This document shows, piece after piece, positions 7,525 to 15,648 of a stretch of 64,000 bases of DNA. Within the stretch, counting starts at the first letter, position 1, and each line of letters opens with the position of its first letter. The stretch spans positions 1 through 64,000 of the IMG/VR virus record IMGVR_UViG_3300005253_001115; one strand, given 5' to 3'. Below the pieces are notes generated by a model. It was given only the letters and a program-made list of their open reading frames with translations. It made no database searches and was not told where the DNA came from. A program made the position numbers and the translations under genes.

Positions 7525-7821
7525 GTGAACTTGCTGGATTGGATGCGCAAACGAAAGAGCACGCTCGGAGAGGCTAGCGGGGAACGAGTAAATGAGTCTA
7601 TCGGCAACCACGACAGGTTGTTGGCAGGGTTACCGCCGCAGAGGAAGGCGTGGCTGATTGACACGGATGGTCAGAAACACTACCACGATATAGACATTCG
7701 AGACAACACACCGAGCCAAGAGGTCCGAGTAAGGCTACACAAGATAGACGCAGACATCGAGGAGAAGGTTTACGAGTACGACAAAGAAGTAGACGGCTGG
7801 CTGATTTACTATCAGGTTTGA
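7525..7821 (+). CDS. hypothetical protein
   Basis: GGAG RBS with GTG 7525. Confidence 0.6.
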   Translation: MNLLDWMRKRKSTLGEASGERVNESIGNHDRLLAGLPPQRKAWLIDTDGQKHYHDIDIRDNTPSQEVRVRLHKIDADIEEKVYEYDKEVDGWLIYYQV

Positions 7822-7898
7822 GGCCCCTTAGCTCAACTGGACAGAGCAACGGTTTTCTACACCGTAGGTTGAGGGTTCGAATCCTTCAGGGGCTACCA
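7822..7898 (+). tRNA. tRNA-Arg(TCT)
   Basis: acggt-TT-TCT-AC-accgt, CCA. Confidence 0.93.
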
Positions 7899-7906
7899 AT
7901 TTGGAG

Positions 7907-8101
7907 ATGTTGATGTTAGACATACAAGCAGTACGACAGATTAACGGGGACTTGAGAATAGACGATGGGGACGAGGGGCCTCTTCTGACAATTCAATTTT
8001 TCGCGGAGTTTGCGAGCGGGTTTTCGAACGAGGATAAGGATCAAGTTTTGGAGGTGGTGGTCGATAAGCTCGTGGAGCTTCTAGCAGATCGCGATGAGTG
8101 A
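7907..8101 (+). CDS. hypothetical protein
   Basis: Short ORF overlapping the next start. Confidence 0.55.
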   Translation: MLMLDIQAVRQINGDLRIDDGDEGPLLTIQFFAEFASGFSNEDKDQVLEVVVDKLVELLADRDE

Positions 8102-8609
8102 ATACGGTCGGTACATGGAAGCTAACCTTCTCATCGAGAAGAATGACGGTTCTGACTGGACAGACGCGGAAGTAGAAGATCTGGTAGAAAAGCTGGTTTA
8201 CGACAATATGGAACACGGACTTATGGTTGGCGGTGGCATACAGCCCATGAGGACCAGAAAAGACGAATGTGACTATTGCGAGGACCCGGGACATAAAGAC
8301 ATCAGCGAAGAAGAACGTTGTGAAACGTGCGGTGGATCAGGCCGCAAACACGAGGAAGAACCAACTTCTGACCCTGAGGCAGAGCAAGAGTGGAAAGACA
8401 TATACGCTCCTATAGCTCAACGGACAGAGCAGTCCCCCCCTAAGGGAAAGGCTGAAGGTTCGAATCCTTCTAGGAGCGCCAATGTTCGGAACAGATGTGA
8501 TCGAGAAAGCGATGGAGAACCTGGGGACCAAGGTGGCCAAGGCGACAATAGCGGGGTTCGAGATTGGTGCGAAGATCCTGGGCGAGACCATAGCGGCGAA
8601 AATGGATGA
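8094..8609 (+). CDS. hypothetical protein with DnaJ-like CxxCxGxG pair; frame runs through tRNA-Arg(CCT)
   Basis: CDYCEDPG / CETCGGSG. Confidence 0.55.
   Translation: MSEYGRYMEANLLIEKNDGSDWTDAEVEDLVEKLVYDNMEHGLMVGGGIQPMRTRKDECDYCEDPGHKDISEEERCETCGGSGRKHEEEPTSDPEAEQEWKDIYAPIAQRTEQSPPKGKAEGSNPSRSANVRNRCDRESDGEPGDQGGQGDNSGVRDWCEDPGRDHSGENG
8406..8481 (+). tRNA. tRNA-Arg(CCT)
   Basis: CC-CCT-AA loop, CCA. Confidence 0.88.
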
Positions 8610-8736
8610 GCTGCACGAGAGAGAACAGCTCGCTCATCGTCAGGAAGAGGAACGGGAAGCGCACAGGCACAGTCCTTAGGAAGAAATGTACCCTTAAAGC
8701 AGCAGAAAGGCGCTTAAAGGGCGATTAAAGCACCAG

Positions 8737-8811
8737 GGTCCCATAGTTTACTGGCTAGAATTCCGGGTTTTCACCCCGGGGAAGGGGGATCGAAACCCCC
8801 TGGGATCACCA
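8737..8811 (+). tRNA. tRNA-Glu(TTC)
   Basis: ccggg-TT-TTC-AC-cccgg, CCA. Confidence 0.9.
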
Positions 8812-8824
8812 TTTATGCGAATAT

Positions 8825-8904
8825 AGGGTCGTATCCCCTCCGTCTTATAAGCGGTAGAAAGGGTAACTGGTTACATGTGGGTTCAAGTCCCACCGGCCCC
8901 ACCA
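8825..8904 (+). tRNA. D-armless tRNA-like RNA with TAT (Ile) anticodon
   Basis: Acceptor, T arm and ACCA intact; ccgt-CT-TAT-AA-gcgg; no D arm; extra gtaac/gttac hairpin. Confidence 0.6.
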
Positions 8905-8931
8905 TTATCCCTTCCTTAGGGGAAGTTTTAC

Positions 8932-9007
8932 ACCGGTGTAACTCAGTGGCCAGAGTGCCTCTTTTACACGGAGGAAGTCGTCGGTTCAACTCCGGCCACC
9001 GGTACCA
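8932..9007 (+). tRNA. tRNA-Val(TAC)
   Basis: cctct-TT-TAC-AC-ggagg, CCA. Confidence 0.92.
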
Positions 9008-9012
9008 TATAC

Positions 9013-9087
9013 GCGGGTATAGCTCAGTGGTAGAGCATCTTGTTGCCAACGAGAAGGCCGGGGGTTCGAGCCCCCCTACCCGCTCCA
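9013..9087 (+). tRNA. tRNA-Gly(GCC)
   Basis: TT-GCC-AA loop, U73, CCA. Confidence 0.93.
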
Positions 9088-9092
9088 AACAC

Positions 9093-9168
9093 GCCCGTTT
9101 GGTGATAACGGTTAGCATTAGCCCCTGGTATGGGCTAGGAAAGGGTTCGACTCCCTTAACGGGCTCCA
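9093..9168 (+). tRNA. tRNA-Thr(GGT)
   Basis: agccc-CT-GGT-AT-gggct, CCA. Confidence 0.88.
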
Positions 9169-9272
9169 TTTTGTTTTGACCGTTACCAGAAGAAGCGGCG
9201 AACGGGAAGGTAAAACAGAAAGGAGGATACATGTTTATCACAATCTAGCCCGTAATGGGCCAGGAGGATAGC

Positions 9273-9554
9273 ATGTATCGACGAGAGAGAGATCTGGCGC
9301 ACACGTTGTGGGCGCAAAGACGCTTTGCTACAGTGCGGTCTTGGGGGTGGTGGGGAGACGTTTTTCCCGATCTTGGAGAGTGGGCGTCCCAGAGTGGCCG
9401 CTTTCGTAAAGAAACTAGGCTTGGGTGCCCGAACGGTCGTAGTAAGTGCGGAGTGTGCAGCGGAGGGGTTCGAGAACCTACTCGCCAGGAAGTCCGCTCA
9501 AATATTGACTTTGAAGAATACCGAAAGGAGGTAGACATGTCAGCGTTTCAATAG
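9273..9554 (+). CDS. hypothetical basic Cys-containing protein
   Basis: AGGAGG RBS. Confidence 0.6.
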   Translation: MYRRERDLAHTLWAQRRFATVRSWGWWGDVFPDLGEWASQSGRFRKETRLGCPNGRSKCGVCSGGVREPTRQEVRSNIDFEEYRKEVDMSAFQ

Positions 9555-9569
9555 TAAGGAGAAACTGAC

Positions 9570-10163
9570 ATGTATGTTATCGAACCCGCTCTCTGTCGAG
9601 AGCAGGAAATCTATCTGTATTGCTGTGGGAGACTTTCCCGCACTTTCTACGGCCTTCATCACTTGTGTGAGGAATTGTCCGTTGACTTTATCGAGAAGTG
9701 GGTAGGCGAACATTACGGCGAACAGATTAAGATCGTCACCAAGAGGGCTCACGGGCTCCATTGGCCCAAAGACAGGGCAAAGTGGGAGTACCAATTCCCC
9801 GAAGAGTTCTACATCGAACCTGCGATGTACATTGTTCGAACGGATGAAGGAGAGAAACTCACTTCCGATTTCTTGAAGAAGGCGTGCAGCCTATTCTATT
9901 ACAATCGTCGTTACGCTCGCCGGGACTATTACAAGCCCCGGATGGGCCGGAAGACTCAGTGGTGCTACGGAAATTACCGAGCACCCAAGATCACTAACGA
10001 GAAGCGTCAGGCTTTCTGCATCAAGGAAGATGGCGAACCTCCGATTCGCGCTCGTCGAAACATTACCAATTTGACGGACGCCTGGGACGACACTAGCAGA
10101 CACAACGATGCGTGCTGGAAGACCCAGTACAAGAAGAGGAAGAGACAGTATCGACCTAAGTAG
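9570..10163 (+). CDS. hypothetical protein with basic C-terminus
   Basis: AAGGAG RBS, 197 aa. Confidence 0.7.
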   Translation: MYVIEPALCREQEIYLYCCGRLSRTFYGLHHLCEELSVDFIEKWVGEHYGEQIKIVTKRAHGLHWPKDRAKWEYQFPEEFYIEPAMYIVRTDEGEKLTSDFLKKACSLFYYNRRYARRDYYKPRMGRKTQWCYGNYRAPKITNEKRQAFCIKEDGEPPIRARRNITNLTDAWDDTSRHNDACWKTQYKKRKRQYRPK

Positions 10164-10252
10164 TACGCAGGTCCAGTATGGTACGTTCCCGGGGATTCCG
10201 GTTCGAGTCCGGTAATGGTTCAGGGCACTCTAGAATGTCCACTGCGTCAAAT

Positions 10253-10327
10253 GCTGCCATAGCTTAACAGGTAAAGTACGCCACTCGTAATGGCGCGTTC
10301 GGGGTTCGAGTCCTCGTGGCAGCTCCA
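10253..10327 (+). tRNA. tRNA-Thr(CGT)
   Basis: cgcca-CT-CGT-AA-tggcg, CCA. Confidence 0.92.
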
Positions 10328-10344
10328 TACACTAAAGGAAGTGC

Positions 10345-10626
10345 ATGATTCATTTCCTTCGAGACAAGAACAACCACACTATCGTTGACGTAGAGGCACT
10401 CCCCAGCGACATCAAGTGTGTTATCGTTATAGAGCGCTTCGCTGAGAAGCTGCTGAGCCTTTCAGACGCCCTGCGTCCGCTTTTCATTGCCGACATGCAA
10501 CTGATTCAGGAGATTCGCGGGTACCTCTTCGAGAAGAATACGTGGAAGGAGACCCCGGACGAGATAGCACGAAACTGGCTCATTCCTGTTGCACAGCGGT
10601 GGGATCTAGTGTACGTTACGGACTGA
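10345..10626 (+). CDS. hypothetical protein
   Basis: 93-aa ORF with RBS. Confidence 0.6.
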   Translation: MIHFLRDKNNHTIVDVEALPSDIKCVIVIERFAEKLLSLSDALRPLFIADMQLIQEIRGYLFEKNTWKETPDEIARNWLIPVAQRWDLVYVTD

Positions 10627-10640
10627 TTGAGGAGCGATAT

Positions 10641-10907
10641 ATGGGTTTATCTATGGGCGACTTACTGCTAGATTCGGAAAGAAAGGTACTAAGTGCTTTT
10701 GAAGCGATTCTCGCGGAAGATTATGAAGAAACACGTAAAGCAAACAGGAAGTTTTTTATTGACGTGTTAAAAGCTTGTAAGGCTTCTGAAGAGAGGCTCC
10801 TGGCGAGATTTAGCGAGCAACTGGATGGACTTGAGCGCAGACTTGAGCTGTTGGAAAATCCAGACAAATTGTGTAGCCTTGAAGACATGAGGGAGATATC
10901 ATCCTGA
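10641..10907 (+). CDS. hypothetical coiled-coil protein
   Basis: GAGGAG RBS before ATG 10641. Confidence 0.6.
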   Translation: MGLSMGDLLLDSERKVLSAFEAILAEDYEETRKANRKFFIDVLKACKASEERLLARFSEQLDGLERRLELLENPDKLCSLEDMREISS

Positions 10908-11347
10908 TCCTTCTCCAGAAGGACATCACAACAGTACAGGCCCCCGCCCTCATCGCGCACGGAGTGAACTGCTCCGACGTGATGGGGAGTGGGGTGGCCC
11001 GAGCCATCTACATGAGGTGGCCGACCGTGAAGGCCATGTACCACAAGGAAGGTTCGATGCGGCTGGGAGATGCCCAGTTCGTAGAGGTAGAAGATGGGCT
11101 GGTGGTGGCTAACTGCTTCACCCAGTCTGAGTACGGTAGAAGCGGAGAGCGTTACGCAGCTCCGGGTGCCATTAAGATGGCTCTATCAACGGCAGCCTGT
11201 GTGGCAATGGACCGAGGTCTGGACAAGGTACACATCCCCAGGATCGGCTCTGGTCTTGGGGGCTTGGATTGGTACGAGGACGTGGTTCCGGCTCTATTGG
11301 AGATCGAGAAGCACGCTCCCATTAACTTCGTAGTTTGTGATGTCTGA
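10904..11347 (+). CDS. macrodomain protein (Poa1p/TARG1/DarG-like ADP-ribose hydrolase)
   Basis: KDIT...IAHGVNC..MGSGVA and PRIGSGLGGLDW; domain begins upstream of the GTG at 10964, implying a CTG start at 10904. Confidence 0.8.
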   Translation: MILLQKDITTVQAPALIAHGVNCSDVMGSGVARAIYMRWPTVKAMYHKEGSMRLGDAQFVEVEDGLVVANCFTQSEYGRSGERYAAPGAIKMALSTAACVAMDRGLDKVHIPRIGSGLGGLDWYEDVVPALLEIEKHAPINFVVCDV

Positions 11348-11606
11348 AGAATTTGACATTATGTGGTACGGCTCTGGCGGCACACCGGGCTCGAAGGGCC
11401 TCATGACGAAAGAAGCTGCGGAAGTGTACGCCCGGACGCTGGAAGCCACAGACCGCGTTATTGGGTGGAAAGCTGGAACTTGCCAATCAGTATTTCAGTT
11501 CTGGGCGCTGGGGAATGGGGAGGCGATGGAGCTTCCGCACAACGAGGAACCCCCTACAGGGCGCAGAGCGGCAATTAAATGGCAGAAGGCGAGGAGACCG
11601 AAATGA
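11340..11606 (+). CDS. hypothetical protein with C-terminal RRxAIxxQKAR tag
   Basis: Ends TGRRAAIKWQKARRPK. Confidence 0.7.
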   Translation: MSEEFDIMWYGSGGTPGSKGLMTKEAAEVYARTLEATDRVIGWKAGTCQSVFQFWALGNGEAMELPHNEEPPTGRRAAIKWQKARRPK

Positions 11607-11701
11607 GAATGTTGTGGTTCAGGTTCAAGACTTTAGTGCTTATAGCTGCGGGCTGGGCGCTGGCCTTCGTCGTGTACAAAATTATGGGGTAAGGCACGCA
11701 A

Positions 11702-11995
11702 ATGTTCGAAAGACTAGATCTGCTATCCCAGCACCCTACCGACAAGGCGCTGGATATCCTGTACGAAGAATTCGACAAAGCTCTGCTGGCTGGGGAATTT
11801 GAGGCAGTTGACATTTACATGCGGCACGCTATAGTGAGTCGCTATCGGGTAGAGACCTTGGTGGGTTTTTTGACGATTTCCTTCCAATGGAAAGACCATC
11901 TAAAGGAACGGCCGGGTTTCTACGCTAGAGTAAAGGCTCGCGTAGAGAAGAGTTACCCAGATAGGGCAGAGAAGATCTTGATGGGGCTAGAGTAG
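11702..11995 (+). CDS. hypothetical protein
   Basis: 97-aa ORF. Confidence 0.6.
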   Translation: MFERLDLLSQHPTDKALDILYEEFDKALLAGEFEAVDIYMRHAIVSRYRVETLVGFLTISFQWKDHLKERPGFYARVKARVEKSYPDRAEKILMGLE

Positions 11996-12005
11996 AGGAG
12001 TTGGC

Positions 12006-12173
12006 GTGGGCGAAAAATGTGAAAAGTGCGATCATGGTGAGCATGCGCCCGGCAAGTGCGAAGTCCTCCACGTCTATGCGAGAGGCCCGAACGACCCGCC
12101 GGGGAATCGGCGCTGTTTGTGCGGATACGTTTTTGAAGACTTCACCACCCAGAGCAACGGAGATGCAGAATGA
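12006..12173 (+). CDS. small Cys/His-rich protein (55 aa, not in ORF track)
   Basis: GAGGAG RBS plus GTG; CEKCDHGEH...CLCG; ATGA overlap with the next gene. Confidence 0.55.
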   Translation: MGEKCEKCDHGEHAPGKCEVLHVYARGPNDPPGNRRCLCGYVFEDFTTQSNGDAE

Positions 12174-12754
12174 GTCTGGTACCGCACAAGTGCAGATGTG
12201 GGCAGTGTTTTCTGGAGATGCCGGAGACAGTACCACAGTCCAGAGGAGGACTGTTTGACCAACTCATGGTGCTAACTGCGGTGGCTGGGCACTTACAGCG
12301 GTCAGGAGAGCATCATTCAGCAGAGACGATTATAGAGGTGCAGGACAAGCTTTACACTGGGCTAGCGGCTGCACTACGAAAGGCAGAAAAGGGGGCGATA
12401 GCTCAGCAGGGAGAGCGCTTGAATATTCAAGAGGTCCGGGGTTCGAGCCCCCGTCGCTCCACCATTATTTCTGACTTCTTGGCGTCACTTCGTATGTACG
12501 AGTTCAACGCGATGGATTGCGGGTCCAGGCGGGTAATAAAGCTGTCCGTGGACGATATTGAGAAAGATTTCCTCGATGAGCTAAAGTTTGTGGACCAACT
12601 TCCCGAAGATGGTATCACAGGAAGAGCCCTGGAGCTTGCGGACCTTGTGTCCGATATGATCTGGGGCGGAGCTAGAGGCTGGGAACGCGCAGATCAGGAG
12701 CAGTTTGAGCACTTGAAGCGTGAAGCCGGGAAGAGAATGAAAGTAACCAACTGA
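12170..12754 (+). CDS. hypothetical protein containing an in-frame tRNA-like insert
   Basis: 194-aa ORF stays open across 12392-12464. Confidence 0.6.
   Translation: MSLVPHKCRCGQCFLEMPETVPQSRGGLFDQLMVLTAVAGHLQRSGEHHSAETIIEVQDKLYTGLAAALRKAEKGAIAQQGERLNIQEVRGSSPRRSTIISDFLASLRMYEFNAMDCGSRRVIKLSVDDIEKDFLDELKFVDQLPEDGITGRALELADLVSDMIWGGARGWERADQEQFEHLKREAGKRMKVTN
12392..12464 (+). tRNA. tRNA-Ala with the anticodon precisely deleted
   Basis: cttgaat-attcaag versus cttgaat-GGC-attcaag in tRNA-Ala(GGC); G3.U70, D/T arms and ACCA intact. Confidence 0.85.
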
Positions 12755-12773
12755 AACAGTTGAGGAAATCACG

Positions 12774-12965
12774 ATGGCCGGTACAAAGACTCAGAACAAG
12801 AACATGGGCAAGCGCGGAACGACGCAGCGCGACCGGTTCCTCACGGGCACGGACACGCCTGTGATTCGCATCATGCTAGGCGGCAAGCGGCGCTTTGTGT
12901 GGGGAGTCAAGAACACAGATGGCGGATACCGCCACGTCGATATTGCAGAAACCGAGCTTCGATAG
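12774..12965 (+). CDS. small basic hypothetical protein
   Basis: GAGGA RBS, 63 aa. Confidence 0.6.
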   Translation: MAGTKTQNKNMGKRGTTQRDRFLTGTDTPVIRIMLGGKRRFVWGVKNTDGGYRHVDIAETELR

Positions 12966-13018
12966 TCTCGGGTGGTTATCTAAAGACATGGACGAAAAGT
13001 GCATCTAACAGAATTTGA

Positions 13019-13095
13019 CGCGGGGTAGAGAAGTCTGGCATCTCGCAAGGCTCATAACCTTGAGATCGGAGGTTCGAATCCTTCTCCCGCTACCA
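13019..13095 (+). tRNA. tRNA-fMet(CAT)
   Basis: C1.U72 mismatch, CT-CAT-AA loop, CCA. Confidence 0.88.
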
Positions 13096-13100
13096 TTTTA

Positions 13101-13356
13101 CGGCTTATCCTTAGGCTGTAGAAGAAGCCGCGACAGGCGGCACAGACCGCCTCCAGAGGGGCTTCGAGGAAGGGAAATCCCGACAACAAAGTCCGCCCTG
13201 GTTGCGGAACCAATGTAGCTCGGTCAGTAGGCTTCCTTTTGTGCATGTAATGTGCATGTGGTCGCGACAGGCGACCGCGGTAATAACGATATTATGACCC
13301 AACAATACCCGCCAAGCCTCTCTACGATGCTCAAACCGGCGGGTTTTTGTTTTTTC
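13101..13356 (+). ncRNA. uncharacterised multi-hairpin RNA with GACAG hairpins copies 4 and 5 and a 3' terminator
   Basis: Hairpins at 13127-13141 and 13258-13278, several further helices, acccgcc/ggcgggt plus T-run. Confidence 0.6.
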
Positions 13357-13374
13357 CTGTGTTATTTCAACCAC

Positions 13375-13542
13375 ATGGACGATAAAGAGATCGAGATTGC
13401 CATTGACCAGTGGATTCGTGAGGTAGATTCTGCTAACCTAGAGCCTGAGGAGCTTGCTCTCTCTTTCCAGGCTCTCTGCACGGAGTTCGACATTCCTGAA
13501 GACCTTGGAAAGAAATTTGTTGCTTCAGCACTAGAAGACTAA
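13375..13542 (+). CDS. hypothetical acidic protein
   Basis: ATG after the terminator, 55 aa. Confidence 0.5.
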   Translation: MDDKEIEIAIDQWIREVDSANLEPEELALSFQALCTEFDIPEDLGKKFVASALED

Positions 13543-13566
13543 AGTTCCTCAGTGTGCGGCCGATAT
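13540..13566 (+). promoter_or_regulatory. sigma28-like promoter
   Basis: TAAAGTT-N12-GCCGATAT (15-nt spacer after TAAA), near-consensus. Confidence 0.7.
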
Positions 13567-13585
13567 ACTTCTGTGGAGAACCCGA

Positions 13586-14125
13586 ATGTCTGTTAAACGA
13601 GCGGTAGGTTATTGTGAGAAAGTGAACTGTGAGGACTACGCCAAGGGCGTATTCCTGCTCAACCACGGGGATACCTTCTACTGCCCCAGGTGCCGAGACA
13701 TAGGTGCTGTGGTAGCAGAGAGAGGCATCCATAGTGCAAAAGACGGTGTATCTTTCAAGGAAGTCAGGGTTGAATTCAACTACGACCCTATCAACAGACG
13801 TTTCAAAGAAATCGGTATCGTCCGAGACGAGTCGATCTGGGGCTCTGGCAGTACATACACGCTGCTCAGTCCTCTCATCAAGACCGAGAAGAGAGCCCTC
13901 AAGGTTGCAGAAGCGATCCTGGCCAATCTCCAGCGCTATGCAGACATTCTGGATGACGGCATTCCCAGAACCACCGAGACCATTGTATCTTTCGATGATG
14001 ATATCAGCGTCTTCACGGACAAGATGAGGCGTCTTGGTGCGGAGTGGGAGAACTCGAATCTCTCAATAAAAAGGCACGTCCGAGCGTGCAAGGATAAAGG
14101 GACTGCATGGCAAGAAATGGCATGA
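13586..14125 (+). CDS. hypothetical zinc-ribbon protein
   Basis: CEKVNC...CPRC; GGAG RBS. Confidence 0.7.
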   Translation: MSVKRAVGYCEKVNCEDYAKGVFLLNHGDTFYCPRCRDIGAVVAERGIHSAKDGVSFKEVRVEFNYDPINRRFKEIGIVRDESIWGSGSTYTLLSPLIKTEKRALKVAEAILANLQRYADILDDGIPRTTETIVSFDDDISVFTDKMRRLGAEWENSNLSIKRHVRACKDKGTAWQEMA

Positions 14126-14328
14126 TCGAAGTAGAGGGCTCCGTGGAGAAGATCCTCGGTGGCGGAATCTACGACGTTTCGGTGGACGGGTCTACTAGAC
14201 ATGTCATGGCCAAGCTGAGCGGTCGCCTACGCCAGTATCGAATCCGGGTCCTCCCCGGAGACAAGGTACGACTCGAAGTCTCGGAAGCCGACACTACAAA
14301 AGGCTTCATCGTTTACAGAATTGGCTAA
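14107..14328 (+). CDS. infA: translation initiation factor IF-1
   Basis: IEVEGSVEKIL...AKLSGRLRQYRIRVLPGDKV...KGFIVYR. Confidence 0.93.
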   Translation: MARNGMIEVEGSVEKILGGGIYDVSVDGSTRHVMAKLSGRLRQYRIRVLPGDKVRLEVSEADTTKGFIVYRIG

Positions 14329-14353
14329 AGTTCTGACCTGTCCCTGCCGATGA
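14326..14353 (+). promoter_or_regulatory. sigma28-like promoter
   Basis: TAAAGTT...GCCGATGA, 16-nt spacer. Confidence 0.6.
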
Positions 14354-14372
14354 GGAGGGGAAGGAGAGCATC

Positions 14373-14543
14373 ATGGTCAAAGTGTACATCATCGAGAGCG
14401 AGCGAGGCTGGGGCCAGAAGATTGACGAGGTGAAAGAGTTCGACACTCTGGAGCTTGCGGAAACCTTCGTGACTGAATTCAACTCTCACAACACCGAAGA
14501 GAAGGTCCCGGACTGGTACATGCGGGCGGAAGTGGTTCGATGA
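14373..14543 (+). CDS. small hypothetical protein (56 aa, not in ORF track)
   Basis: AAGGAG RBS; MVKVYIIESERGWGQKIDE...PDWYMRAEVVR. Confidence 0.7.
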   Translation: MVKVYIIESERGWGQKIDEVKEFDTLELAETFVTEFNSHNTEEKVPDWYMRAEVVR

Positions 14544-15028
14544 TCGAGCTATCCCCCTTCGTGGTTGCTATCCTGGGCATTTTCGCTATCATCGGGTTCA
14601 TCGATGTTGTGGGGCGGTTTTCGTCTCCCCGTCGAACCCGAATACGGGTGGATGGAACTGTAAACAGCAAGAGGCATCTACTGGCATGTGGCCTGATCTC
14701 CCAGGCACACCGCCAGGGAGACCCAGAGTTCTAGTGGCACAGCGTAAGTCGTGCGAAGGAAAAGACGGTAGGACCCTTAGAAAGGGTTCGCGTGTCGAGA
14801 TTCATGCACACACGACGGAGAGCGGCTGGCACATGAGTGGCTTTTTTGGTAAGGTACTGGAAGTATTGCACGATGAGAAGGGTCCATACCTTCGGATCAA
14901 GCTAAAAGGCACTCGTAAAGGTGCGGAGAGGCTTGCCCGAGCGTACAACATAACTAGACGTTAAAGGGGTCCGGGCAGATGAAAATAATCGCTTACAGGG
15001 GCGTACAGAGCAGCACCCTGGGGGAAAC

Positions 15029-15250
15029 ATGGGCTGGGCAAGAGGGTCTGAGCTTGTAGGGCGCGTAGCGCGAGTTTTGGTTGGCGTGGTAGAAACCCCC
15101 GAATGTCGGCGGGAAATCTACGAAGAGCTGGTTCAGGTGGCCCTGGACTTCGATTGTGACACGCTGGATGAGTGCCGAGGGATTGACACTGAACTGGACG
15201 CTGCGATTGACGAGCACTGGGGACCTTACGACAACGAGGAAGAAGACTAA
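15029..15250 (+). CDS. hypothetical protein
   Basis: 73-aa ORF with RBS. Confidence 0.6.
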   Translation: MGWARGSELVGRVARVLVGVVETPECRREIYEELVQVALDFDCDTLDECRGIDTELDAAIDEHWGPYDNEEED

Positions 15251-15444
15251 TGGGGCTTGTGCTTACAATCATTTATGTGGCTATTGGCGTCTCCCTAGCC
15301 AATCATATGGAGTACACGGACGGATTGAAGGGAATCCAGGCTCCTGCTAGATTTTTCGTGCTAGCAGCCGCTTGGCCGTTGCTGGTTTTTTATTGTTTGA
15401 AGTGTCTTGCCGACGGCACTGCCACGCTTCGGAGAAGGGGATGA
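15250..15444 (+). CDS. small membrane protein
   Basis: Two hydrophobic segments. Confidence 0.55.
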   Translation: MGLVLTIIYVAIGVSLANHMEYTDGLKGIQAPARFFVLAAAWPLLVFYCLKCLADGTATLRRRG

Positions 15445-15648
15445 TTTACTCAGGTCGAGTACATAAGATTGGTTTTTGCGCTATTCGTTGCTGGCTGTGG
15501 GTTGCCTTCTTGTGATGCAACACCCTATCACTGGCGCACGGTGGCTAGACTGTGGCTTGTTGCTCGTGGCTGCGGACTTCTTCGGACTACTTAACTTGAA
15601 TGGCTGGGGCGGCAAGCGCCGTAACTGGGCTGGGGAGTTGACACCATA

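Noticed and set aside
8813-9241. ORFs overlapping the tRNA clusters (also 5603-5815, 6035-6404, 21485-22007)
   Set aside because: They are translations of tRNA genes and are explained by the RNAs.
9175-9260. Possible riboswitch or mini-leader (AGGAGG-ATG, 5 codons)
   Set aside because: No recognisable aptamer consensus; too little support.
13101-13356. tmRNA or a two-piece tmRNA coding piece
   Set aside because: No tRNA-like termini and no convincing tag frame ending in an LAA-like sequence.
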